Positions 23,347 to 35,060 of a stretch of DNA of 64,000 nucleotides are shown here, piece by piece (position 1 is the stretch's first letter; every line of letters starts with the position of its first letter). The notes under the pieces were generated by a model that worked only from the letters and a program-made list of their open reading frames with translations, was not told the DNA's origin and ran no database searches. Source of the stretch: the human T2T-CHM13v2.0 reference genome, Homo sapiens. Position numbers and translations under genes: made by a program. The stretch lies in the NCBI RefSeq assembly GCF_009914755.1, contig NC_060938.1; one strand, given 5' to 3'.

Positions 23347-25611
23347 ATGTTTGTTTAACAAATCTGTGTGGATTGTTTGCTAGCCTTTAGCCACAGAGGA
23401 AAAAGCAGATATAAACAATTGTAATTAATTTCTTCCAAATGATTTTTTGGATATTATACTACAAAGAACATTCTCCACTATATATCAAATAACTTATCCT
23501 CCTCTCCATCTCCTTCCATACATTAATCACTAATAAAATGGCTATATCTTTGCCAGACTCCTTTGGCCATAGCACACAAAGCAGCAAATTAATTTCTACA
23601 ATTCAATAAGGTGATTCTTTGGAGGTCCATTTTTTTAGCAAGATTCATCACCTATAAATAATAATCCTTGAGCTTTCCTTTTTCACAGCTAAGATTTACT
23701 ACTATTTCAAAGACCATAAATATATGCATTTCTACCTAATATAATTGTGTTGAATATTACCAGAGAGTAGCTTATGCCCTCCAGGGTCACATTATAGTTT
23801 AAATAGCTTGCCTCGTTCATGATTTTTCCAACTTGGTGTATCTCATTGGATATGTTGAAGGTACTTCTATTTGATACTAATTCTTCCAACCCTAAAAATG
23901 GCAGTAAATTGAAAGTCATAAGCATTTCTTTGTAACCTGTTCTAAATAGAAAGTTTGTGTGTGTAACAGGATATATCCCAGAAAAGTGCATGCTATCAAG
24001 ACTTTAAAAGATCACTATGAAAAAGTCAAAGAATTATATCCCCTGTACTTATGATTGTTAGTTGGTTTATGTAGAAAAATATTGCAATGATATGCATCAT
24101 CATCCTGACCCTGTAGGCCTGTTTTGGCCAGAGTATTTATATCTGAAAGGTGCCTTTCAAGTTAGACAAATGGTACAGCACAGCACCATACCAATTTCAT
24201 TACATCACCATTACTGATGCTGTGCTTAATGTAGTCACTTACCAAAATTATCAACTTCTGCCATTTTTTAAAAGTTATGCTTTAAGGATTTTCTTCAGGA
24301 AATGTGAAACTAGTGAATTTGCCTTTATGTATAACTTTGTCAGGGACCCCCAAAATGATATGTCACAGGTAATAAAATAGGGCTCATGGTTAAAGGAGGT
24401 TGAAGCAACAGACTTGTTCATCATTTGTGCCATTTTGATGGTTACAGGCTGTGGCAACTGGTTCCATATATGTATATACATTCCCTGGCTGTATCTTTCC
24501 AGTGGTATTATGAAGATAGCCTTCAGGCTAAGGCAACAGAAATACTCATCCTATGACTTCAATGATAGTCATCACCTAGAGAGACAAATAGCAGGTCTGG
24601 ATAAGTCCCTGCTGGAAATGTCTGTCTTTTGGTTCAGTGGATTACATTTAGTTGACTTGTTCCCAAAAGTGCCATGCTGTCTTCTTCCCCTTCCAGGTTC
24701 AATAGCTTATTATTCCAAGTAGACTTTCTTATTACAGGAAACTTTCCATTCAAGGAGACTCCAATTTACGGCCATTTACTTTTCATGTGTTTTTCATCAC
24801 TTTTCTTGTCACTTTTCTTCATTGTCAAAGATGAAATGGGGACAAAGCCTGCCCTCTTTGACTAAGACGACTCTGTCCACCCATTCACAAGACAAGGAGG
24901 ATGGAATTCGTTTCACATTGTTTGAAAATGGTGTCTTTTCCTTGCCAATCCAATCTTCTTGTTCTTGCAGTGAAATGACCATATTAAATATAGCCTATTT
25001 TTTTTAGTAGATTGACAAGTCCTAAACATGGAGTTATAACTACCTTCATTGTAGGGTTATAACAGTCAGAATTAGAGTGAAATATTTTATAGCTGGGAAA
25101 AGAATTGACTTTTACTATAGAAAGAGCTATTAAAAGCCCCAATTCTCTAAATTTCTCCTGTAATTAATAAATGTTACTATATGAAAAACAGTCTCAATTA
25201 AGAAGTTACTGGAGGAAATAATCATGAAACTATTAATAAAAGAGTGAAAATTTTAGCTAGTTTGCACAAAGCACATGAATTATTTGTCCCATGAATTTCC
25301 TAAAAAATATGTCTTTAAAATACTGAGGCTTAACTTTGAGGTGTATTTTTTAAATATTCTCACGCATCAGGGAAGTTTGATAATTTATTTAACAATGCCT
25401 CTTTCCATGTTTCATCAGTAGCAATGAAAAGAAATACTAGAATATTCATTCCTTCAGGTGGGAGTATTATTTCTTATAGGTTCCCTTAGTTCACGCATTC
25501 TTAATTGTCCCACGTATGTTACACAATTAATGAATATTTGGTGAATACATGAATGCACACACATTTTTCTAACGTCCTTTTATCCATCATTTTGTTTCTC
25601 TTTCTTACTGT

Positions 25612-25735
25612 CACTCCTTTATTCAACCAATATTTAGCAAGCACTTAGTGTGTCCTAAGATCCTTTCTAAACAGTTAAGACATTTCAGTAAACAGTATAG
25701 CAAATGATCCCTGCCTCATGAACATATTCTAGAAG
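25612..25735 (-). mobile_element. L2 3' fragment
   Basis: TTTATTCAACCAATATTTAGCAAGCAC...ATCCCTGCCTCATGAAC. Confidence 0.65.
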
Positions 25736-26639
25736 CCACTTTTGATGATATAAATTCAAATGACTTGTCAACACATGTTTTCATTGCCATATATTGTTCT
25801 CTGTAGGGAAGGAGGAGAGTAGAGTGCATCTGGGTGGAATATTGTGAATCATATAGGATATATTATAATCAAATATGGAACTATAACTGAAGAAAATATT
25901 TTAGGGATTACATGAGAAGAGATGATCATTTCTCATGTTTAAGTATTCTCTCAGTCATTAGCTGCTATTTTTTTTCTAGGTATTCATAGAGTTGTTGGCT
26001 TTCTATGAATGTTATAAAACACTTTGGTTAGCCTACAGGTGCCCCTAACTTTTGATTAAATATAGATTGGCTGCAATTGACCAATGCCATCTGGAGTAGC
26101 AAAGGGGGTCATTTTTAACACCTGAAATCTTTTTCGCTGGGAAATGAGCAGCAATAAGCATCCTGTCAGGCATGTAGCTCAAGGTCCCTACCAGCTTCCC
26201 CTGAGAATTTCCCTGGAATGGTTGGGGGAGGTGGGTGAGATTAAATAGGTGCAAGTGCCTTCCTTTTGCCAACATTCATTCCATGATTCAGTGGGAAACT
26301 GCCTGGAAATGTGGAATCATACAGATTTGGATGCAAAATCAGGTTATAAGACTTCAATATTCTGACCTATATTTTGTTCTTCTAATGAGTATCTTAACAT
26401 TATGTTATTGTGATGATTAATTCAGATAATATATGTCACATGGTGAGGAAAATAACTAATATATTGTTAAAATAGATAAAATATATCAGTTTTCCTATAT
26501 CAACTTTTAACAACAGGATAAAGAAAACACACTTTATTTTCATCCAACTAAAACGATAATACCCACTGGTTGGAAACAAGAAAAACACATAAAAATATAA
26601 AGGCAAAAAGAAAACTCTTCATTTGATACATCACAAAAT

Positions 26640-27345
26640 TCTATTTTTTTTTCAAGTAGTTTGCTATTACAAAAATGTATGGCAATGAATATCTCAGCAA
26701 CTAATCTTCACCTGTTTCTGATTATGTCCATGGAATAAATTCCTAGACATGAAATTGAGTCAAATTTTAATGTCAATATTTAAAGTCTTTTTCTGTATAT
26801 TATTATATCCCTTTACGGAAAATCTTTATCAATTTACACGGCAGCAATATGATAGTTCCTAGATGATCTCACCCTGACTATTGTCTCTTAACTGTTTTCT
26901 ATTTGATAAAATTGTACCCTTGTGCTTTTTTTTAAACAAAATTACATTCTGAATAATAATTCAGGCCACCTTAATTTTATTTCCATTTATTTGAATTACT
27001 TTAGGCTGAAATAAGTGTTTTCTGTTGGAGTTTAATTTTTTATAATCTACATATACTTAGTTTTAATTTTGGTTTTTAATCACTTGTTTTAGTGAGTAGA
27101 AAATTTATTCTCCAATTTATCTTTCCCTTTTGTTTATATGATTTTTGATAAATACTCTAATTTTTTATGGTGGTCAGCTTTAATGTTTCTTTTGATTTCT
27201 TCAATTATACTTAATCTGTAGAAGTTTTTCTGCATGAGATTAAATACATTTTAAGTTATATTTTCCTCAGTTTTATTTTTACTTTTTAAAAACTTTTTAT
27301 ATTTAACTCTTTAATCTCTTTAATTTTGTGACTGTTAGAGAGTGT
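26640..27345 (-). mobile_element. Very old L1 (L1ME-class) fragment
   Basis: TTTGCTATTACAAAAATG...GCAATGAATATC...GGAATAAATTCCTAGA...TTTATCAATTTACAC. Confidence 0.65.
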
Positions 27346-27489
27346 ATGAGTATATGTGTTTAACACATGGTGATTAACAGGTGATCACCATGTTTGACAC
27401 TATTTAATTATTATCATTATCATAAGATTCTTTTAACTTCTTTACAATAAGTATGCAACTTGGATGGCAGGAAAAGTATTTGGTTATAG

Positions 27490-27871
27490 AAGGAGTCTCC
27501 AATCCCCAGGATGCGGCCTGGTACAGGTCCCTGACCTATTAGGAACTGGGCCTCATAGCAGGAGGTGAGCGGTGGACAAGGGAAGCTTCATCTGTATTTA
27601 CAGCCTCTCCCTATCACTCACATTACTGTGTGAGCACTACCTCCTGTCAGATCAGCAACAGCATTAGATTCTCATAGAAGCATGAACCCTATTGTGCAAT
27701 GCACATGTGAGGGATCTAGGTTGCACGCTCCTTATGACAATATAACTAATGTCTGATGATCTGAGGTGGGACAGTGTCATTCGGAAACCATCATTTCCAA
27801 CACCCCTGGTCCATGGAAAAATTATCTTCCCCAAAAAGAGGTCCCTGGTACCAAAAAGGCTGGGACCATTG
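27490..27871 (+). mobile_element. MER1 (MER1B/A) hAT-Charlie DNA transposon
   Basis: TTAGGAACTGGGCC...GCAGGAGGTGAGCGG...CCTCCTGTCAGATCAGC...GCATTAGATTCTCATAG...GGGATCTAGGTTGCACGCTCCTTATGA...GGTCCCTGGTACCAAAAAGG. Confidence 0.95.
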
Positions 27872-27879
27872 ACTTATAT

Positions 27880-28420
27880 GATTTGTCCCTCACACATTGA
27901 AATTGTCTTTTAGTGGCAATTCATACACTAGAGAAAAAAATCCAAGGCCAGCTTGAATTGTATTCTGCTTTCAGTGTTTTGTTTTTGTTAATGTGGACAG
28001 ACATTTAGAGAAGGCTTTCTTCTCACTTTTAATGAAAGGACATAGGGGTATCTCAAGATTATTTTTTTCTGAATCTTAATGAAGCATTTCAATTAGTGTA
28101 GTTTCAGTTAGATGACTTTTTCATCTATTCTGAAAATTCTTCTTCAGTTATGTCCTTGAGTATTGTTTCTGTTTTAAAAGTTGTATTCTCCTTGAGCTTC
28201 TTCAGATCCTCTTATCATTTGAAGATTGGCTTTCCATTATTTCTTTATGACATCTGAACTTTATCCTTTTCCCTTCCTTTGGGGGAGCTTCTCCTATTCA
28301 TCATACTCACTGATGTCATCTCCCAGCTTATCTTATTTAGCTGTTTTCTGCCTTGGATTCACCTTTAGGTTCTGCTACTGGATGTTTAGTTTTTCCATGT
28401 ATCTCTCTTTGCTCTTAACT
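27880..28420 (-). mobile_element. Very old L1/HAL1 ORF1-region fragment
   Basis: T-rich segment with TTCTGAAAATTCTTCTTCAGTTATGTCCTTGAGTATTG, resembling antisense L1M ORF1. Confidence 0.45.
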
Positions 28421-28422
28421 AT

Positions 28423-28877
28423 TGTAGTGGGTTGAGTTGTCTACCCAAAAAGGTTAAGTCCAAGTCCTAACTCCCAGTACTGCTGAATATGACCTTATTT
28501 GGAAAGAATCTTAGCAGCTGTAATAAAGTTGAAAATTTCAAGATGACATTATTCTGAATTTAGGACTGGCCCCAAATCCAATTACTGATGTCTTCTGAAA
28601 AGTAAGGAGAGTGAGATTTGAGACACAGTGACACATAGTGGAAGACTGTGCAAAGAAAGAGGTAGAAATGTAAAGCAAGGAACCCCAAGGATCTCCGGCA
28701 ACCACTAGAAGATAGGAGAAGAACAGAGAACAGATTCTCCTGCAGAGCCTCCAAAAAAGACCCAACGCTCCCAACACCTTGATTTAGGGTTTCTGATCTC
28801 CCAAACTGTGAGGGAATAAACTTACCTTGCTTTCAACTGGTAAATTTGTGGTCGTTATGGCAGCCCTAGGCAACAAT
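28423..28877 (+). mobile_element. MaLR solo LTR (MLT1C/D-like)
   Basis: TGTAGTGGGTTGA...AAGTCCTAACTCCCAGTAC...GACCTTATTTGGAAA...AACAGATTCTCC...AGAGCCTCCA...GTTATGGCAGCCCTAGG. Confidence 0.9.
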
Positions 28878-29323
28878 TTCCATTCATTTCATTTTTTTAA
28901 ATTTATTTTCATCTGCTATGTATTAAGTGTCAATTATTTCAAGAGTTAGGTGTTAAGCTGTCAGTACTAAACCTTAATGTTATTTTCTTTTATTTTTTCT
29001 AATTTCACTTCTTTTTTAATTGAGTTTTTTCTTTCAAAGGTATTTTAGAGGGCAATAAGGAAGTTTTCACTGGGGATGCTAGCCAAATACCATTTTAAAC
29101 AAAATTTTACTTATATTGATAAACAAGTATGTACATAATTATAAATCAAAGATACAGTTAAGATCAAACCACATTGAAAGGGCATGAGGAAAAGAAAATC
29201 TAACATGCTGCATTATATTTAATAATATTAATTGTTAGAATGATCCTTTATATTTATATCTTCAAGAAGAAAATCATATTGGAAATGTGTATCTTTTCCC
29301 AGTAATAGAAAATTCATAAAGGC

Positions 29324-29783
29324 TGTTTTCCTTTGGATTTTCTCAGGAGCAAACCCTGAAGCAAGGGTTACAATACACTTTGTTTATTTTGGAGTGATCC
29401 CAGAAAACACCAATAAAAGAGTGAGGAAGTGAGACCAGGATGGGAAGTCAGCCAGTAAGGGTTGTTATCAGGCAATAATACCACTGCAGCTATCTGGAGC
29501 TTAGCTGTGCTGAGGAACTCTGGGCACTAGTGCAAACCATGATATTCCACTCCAGGGATGGAGCTGAAGTATTTATACACCAACTGCTTTCTGTCATTAG
29601 ACCTGCTCTTAGAGGTAGGGATGGCAATGTTCCCTGGGCACTTGTGCTAACTGGGTGGCAAAGCAGGCTCTGCAGGACTGAGAAATGACTTAGGGAAAGA
29701 AGTATGTGTTGTCAATGGGAAATTAAACCAGGGTGATGCATAGTGGTAGGCAGCGTGGCAGGGCACCCATCACATCTGCTGCA
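29324..29783 (-). mobile_element. ERVL solo LTR (LTR16/LTR33 group)
   Basis: AGCAAACCCTGAAGCAAGG...GTTTATTTTGGAGTGATCCCAG...GGAAGTGAGAC...GTATTTATACACCAACT...CATCTGCTGCA. Confidence 0.7.
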
Positions 29784-29859
29784 GTGGCGTTAAAATACAG
29801 GGTTTCTCTCAAAATACCTGAAATCCCAAGATTAGCCAAGGCTAGCATTATTTCCAAAT

Positions 29860-30210
29860 AGACACAGCACTGACATGTTCTCTTGGCCTTTCTGTCATGC
29901 TTCCTAGTTGGCTGTAGCAGCTCCAAGCCTTGTGTTCTTTTCACTTCAATCAAAGAAGAAAGAGAAAGGATGTTCAGCAGAGATTTTCTCCGCAAGAGTT
30001 TTCCTTTTATTGGAAGGGGAAAATCTTCCCCAGAATCCTCCCAGATGACTTCTTAGTACATCATTGGTCAGAAAGAAAAAAGGAATGGGCCTATTCTCCA
30101 TCAGATCAAGAAATTTTCACTCAATATATGAACAAAACTGAAGTTTGATAACAAAAAAGACATGGGGAATAAAGAAGGTTTGTGGAAGCAGTAGCCTAGT
30201 CTGTTACAAA
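29860..30210 (-). mobile_element. Old MaLR LTR fragment (MLT1K/L-like)
   Basis: TGGCTGTAGCAGCTCCAAGCC...AAAATCTTCCCCAGAATCCTCCCAGATGACTTC...CATTGGTCAGAA. Confidence 0.65.
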
Positions 30211-30861
30211 ACATAAAAGAAAAAATAAACTGGAAGACATTGCAGATGCAAAAACTCTTACCTCGGTTCTATGCTTTCATTCTTATATATATATAACCTG
30301 AGTAGGTGTATGCATCGCTGAGTTAGTTGCAGTGTAATAAGCTACCATTTTCACAATGTTCTCAAAATATAGGAGAATATAGATATTTAAGGTCACTTTC
30401 CTTCTTGTCACTTTTCTTTCTTGCAGCATGTACACACAGGCCTTAATCATTTTTTCCCATCTACATGTTTAAGCCTCTCAACATACATAACAAAAGTATG
30501 TATAAAATTAAAGGGCGTATGTTATTTTGAGGATGCTAAAAAGGACAGTGAGTCTCCCACTTCAATATTATTTTTGGTCTTATTTAAAGAGGAGAAAATG
30601 CTGTAAACATGAGTTTCTGTCATCTTTCAAAATATTCATATTAACCTGTAAGTGACCATAACAGCAAGGTCATGTTTCCCCATTCTGTTTCATTCCAACC
30701 AATATCCACGCCCCTCTAAACTTTACAGATCTTCATAAGCTTAATTTAAATTTAATTTGAATTAGGCAAAAACAAATCTTGTTCAGAATAACTTGAAGCA
30801 TGATTGTGGATTTTTACTAACTTACTTTTAGATCTAAAATAAAATAAAATAAAATAACTCA

Positions 30862-31286
30862 CACCATTTGGTCAGGGAATTGCTCATTGCTCTAACAAAT
30901 AAAACCCTAAATTTTACAGGCTTACCACAATATGTTGATTTCTCACCTCACCCAAATGAAATCTAAAATTGCATTTTTGGTTGGTGGGTACCCACTCCTT
31001 TAAGTGGAGATTCCAAGGCCAGATCTCACCTTTGGTTTTTGTCTTCCTCAACGTGTGGTTTCTAAGATGACTAAACTTGTGAAGATAGACAGGGCACGTA
31101 GGAGGGACTGTGAAAGATTTTTTGAGCCAGTCCTAGGCACAGCAGACAATGAACTAACCTCTAACATTTCCTTGGCTGGACTCAGATACATGATCACGCC
31201 TAATTGCAAGGGAATTTGGAAAAGTCCAACTTCGGGGCCAGTAAGAAAAGAACAGGCTTGATGATCAGCTATCATTCATTACTACA
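30862..31286 (-). mobile_element. Old MaLR solo LTR (MLT1J-like)
   Basis: TGCTCTAACAAATAAAACCCTAAAT...GATTTCTCAC...CATTTCCTTGGCTGGACTCAG...CCTAATTGCAAGGGA. Confidence 0.72.
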
Positions 31287-32262
31287 TTCTCTCCAATTCT
31301 CCACCATCCTCTTCTCAGAGTGATAAAATGAAAGAAAATAAGTAGGTCATTCATCAGTAAGCAATCAAACAACAACTTAAATTGCTTTCTAAGGCTTAAT
31401 TTGCTAAATAATTACATACTATTGTCAAATCAGTGAATATTGGATCTAATTAAACATTGAATGTATAAGTTATTTTAAAGTTGCAAATAAAACATTGGGT
31501 GTTAACTTCTTGCCAAATGGCTTTCGAGAAAAAGTTATTTATTTTTTCCACAAATGTTTATTAGTTGTCCAGTATGCACCAAGATTTTGTTTGTACTTGC
31601 ATTTAACATTATATATTACTATTGCTTGTAATTGTTTCACTTTACCATATACTGATAACACCCTAGGAAGTAATTGTGAGGTTTAATTTTTCTCTTTTTA
31701 AATGTGAGAGAAGAAAGAGACTTTATCTTTAATCAAAAAACAGAGTACATGATGTTAATTTTTTTGCTCTCTATCACCAAAGTGATTGCTATTTTATAAG
31801 AATGAGAATTGTTCCATCTGATTACTGATCCAAAGGCTATAAACATAACTTTTATGAAAATCTATCATCTATATTTATTCTAAATTGTATCCAAAAAAAG
31901 CACCATCCATTGTAATTCAGTGTGATTCACTCTTAAGAGTTTAAAAGTTACTGCTCATGCAGTATATTACTTTCAGACACTTTAAAAAACTTTCCTTAGC
32001 AAATTGCAAAAACATGCATTTTTAAAGCAGAGTTATTTGCATGTGCTGTTTATATCATGGTTTTGTAACTTATTTTAAAAAACTAGCATAAGTTTGTGTG
32101 ACAAAGAGCCTTAGCTTTAAAACATTTTCATGGAAATTTCATGACATTACAAAGGTATTTTAAATTATTACTTTATTTACTTAATTTTCTAAATGTACCT
32201 CTAATTTGTAGTTGATGGTATTTTTATTTTGTCATTTTGTTGTTAGAATTAAGATGCATTGA

Positions 32263-32407
32263 ATGGGAGATATACCTAATGCTAATGACCAGTTAATGGG
32301 TGCAGCACACCAACATGGCACATGTATACATATGTAACAAACCTGCACGTTGTGCACACGTACCCTAAAACTTGAAGTATAATACTAAAAAATAAATAAA
32401 TAAATAA
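32263..32407 (+). mobile_element. Extremely 5'-truncated young L1PA (L1PA3-5-like) 3' end with TSD
   Basis: GGGAGATATACCTAATGCTAATGA...GGGTGCAGCACACCAACATGGCACATGTATACATATGTAACAAACCTGCACGTTGTGCAC plus (TAAA)n tail. TSD AAGATGCATTGA at 32251-32262 and 32408-32419. Confidence 0.95.
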
Positions 32408-32819
32408 AAGATGCATTGATGCTTTGAACCACATAGCAGTGGCTATAGTTTATTCCTCAAAACTCCAGTATATTCATGGAAGAGTCAAATTTGCTAACCC
32501 AGACAAGGGATATTTTCCAAGGATGACAAAGACAAAGAGTGAAAAACTGCACACAGAAATATTTTTTAAAAGGTACCCACAAAGTGCAACAAGTGGTAAA
32601 TTAGGAACAATAAACAGGCATATGTTTTCTGGTTTCAAGTCAAATGTTTCTTTCAGTAACCTACTTCCTGCTAAAAATAAAGAGATATCTATTTCTTCCT
32701 ATTAAATATAAAGCTAAACATTAAACTGCTAAAATTGTTTCCTAGCCTTTTTCTTTTATTCTCAGTACTAGAGTAGTCTCTTTCTTGTATGGCCTACATA
32801 GGATAAAAAGAAATGATCT

Positions 32820-33030
32820 CATATATATATTTATTATTTATTTATTATAATAAATAATTAAAACAATATATATATTAAATATTTATATTTAATAAATACA
32901 TTAAATATATTAAAACAATATAAAAAATATATTAAAACTAGTTTTATATATAAAATACAACATACACACATATATGTATATATTTATGTGTGTGTATATG
33001 TGTGTGTATGTTGTATTTTATACATAAAAC
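32820..33030. repeat. AT-rich low-complexity tract ending in a 30-bp-arm inverted repeat
   Basis: (TA)-rich tract. Arms 32941-32970 and 33001-33030 are reverse complements at 29 of 30 positions. Confidence 0.9.
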
Positions 33031-33460
33031 AAATCTGTTAAAAAGTATCAGCTATACCTAATACCCTCTTTTTATGTATGTGAAGAGTTTGTTTGGGAGG
33101 AAGGGGCTATAAATCCATTTAGTTATGTATTTTTTGAAAAGCCAAGAGAAAATGATTGATGAGTTACAGAGTGGGATAGTTCCCATTGTGCAGCAGAGGT
33201 ATCTGAGCATGAGGACACATACACACATACACACACAGGTAACTGGCACCTACACGTAGCATGAAGTCAACAATAACCTGCTGACCAAATATTTTGTCTT
33301 AAGGTAATACTCTTTACATGTATTGTTTCCAGTATTGTCTCATTACAATCAGAAAATTGGGCAATAGGTTCTGAATATTTAACAACAGTGACTATTAATT
33401 GAGTTGGGAGGGGGTTATTTTTTAAAAACATTCCCCCAACAACTTACCATGGGAACATAT

Positions 33461-34006
33461 TGTGATGGTCAAGCTCCAAGATGATCCACAACAGTTCTCA
33501 CCTGGCATTCATACCATGATGTGGTTGGTCCCTTTCACAGTGAATAGGACTGACCTACGTAACTAATAAAATATTGCAGAAATTATGGTGTGTGACTTCC
33601 TAGGCTAGGTCATAGATATTGTGACATCTCCCTTGCTTTCCCTAATATCATTCATTTTAAAGGAGGCTAGCATCAAAGCTGGCGACTGGGCCCTGAACAC
33701 TCACAAGTAATTGTATGGAGAAGTCGCCATGAGAAGGAACTGAGGCCTCCCACCAGTAGCCAGTGCCCACTTGCCAACCTTGTAAGGAAGCCGTCCTGGA
33801 AGATCTTCCACCCTAGTAAAACCTTCAAATGCCTGCTTTCTTAACAGGAATCTTTAATACAATTTCATGAGAAACTGAACCAGAACCATCCTGCTAAGCA
33901 GATACAGAATTCCTGATACAAGGAAACTGTTTGATATAATAAGCATTTATTGTTTTAAGCCGGTATGTTTCAAGTAATTTGTTACTCAGGAATAGATAAC
34001 TAATAG
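33461..34006 (+). mobile_element. MaLR solo LTR (MLT1F-like)
   Basis: GTGTGTGACTTCCTAGGCTAGGTCATA...GGAACTGAGGCCTCC...CCAGAACCATCCTGCTAAGC...GTAATTTGTTACTCAGGAATAGATAACTAATA. Confidence 0.88.
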
Positions 34007-34091
34007 TAATATTTTGGCAATAAATAATAAGCTAATTTAATTTCTTCGCGTCAATTTAATTCAATTAACAAATGTTGAGTACAACTACTTG

Positions 34092-34228
34092 ACACACACA
34101 CACACACGTGTGTTTTATGTATATGTTTTGTATAAATATGTTATATATATGAGTGTCACCATCATATATGTATGTGTTATATGCATGTGTTTTAGGTTAT
34201 ATATATATATGTATATATATGTATATAA
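34092..34228. repeat. (CA)n/(TATG)n/(TA)n compound simple repeat
   Basis: Directly visible in the sequence. Confidence 0.85.
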
Positions 34229-34340
34229 CATCTTACTGGGTGAAGGGATACAAAAACTGAGAGGAGCTAATAAGGAAGAAAGTCATGTTGATGAACAATT
34301 ATAATAAGCATCACAATTGAGATTTAAAAACTATAGCCAA

Positions 34341-34626
<286 letters not shown>

Positions 34627-34839
34627 CTATAGCCAAGTGATAGCTGTAATTTCAAAAAATGATAGCAACTAAACTGACTTCTATTGAGAAACAGAATTCT
34701 GCAGAAATGACTAGCTGAGGACAGTGAATGAGCCATTGTGATAGGCTAGGCTGAAGACAACTATTGATGTATGTCTAAATGGAACTCCTTAATTTTTTCT
34801 TTGTGTTAATGGTAGGCCTACTCTGTGCCCAGCAAAAAA

Positions 34840-35060
34840 TAGGGTTACCTAGGTAAAGGGGTGAGGCAATTGGGAGGAAAGTACTCCAGGCATAGAAAAC
34901 ACCCATGCAAATCCTGGAGAGAAAAGAGGACATTCCAGAACTGACAGATATTATATTTTCCTGGAATATAGACTGCCATGTGGCTTCAGGTTAAGGACTC
35001 CTGAAATGATCAGAAAGAACATTGAAAATAATTGGATAAAAGCTTAGTCTTATATACAGT
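34840..35060 (-). mobile_element. L2 fragment
   Basis: AAAGTACTCCAGGCATAGAAAACACCCATGCAAATCCTGG resembles the antisense L2 body. Confidence 0.55.

Noticed and set aside
26084-26099. CTCF-like CTCCAGATGGCA on the - strand (and TCAGATGGCAG at ~15610)
   Set aside because: Mismatches at the 5' CCAC positions of the core. Better read as CAGATG E-boxes.
27365-27393. Hairpin ACATGGTGAT-N9-ATCACCATGT
   Set aside because: A 10-bp stem at the edge of a decayed L1 is not clearly above chance and has no RNA-gene context.
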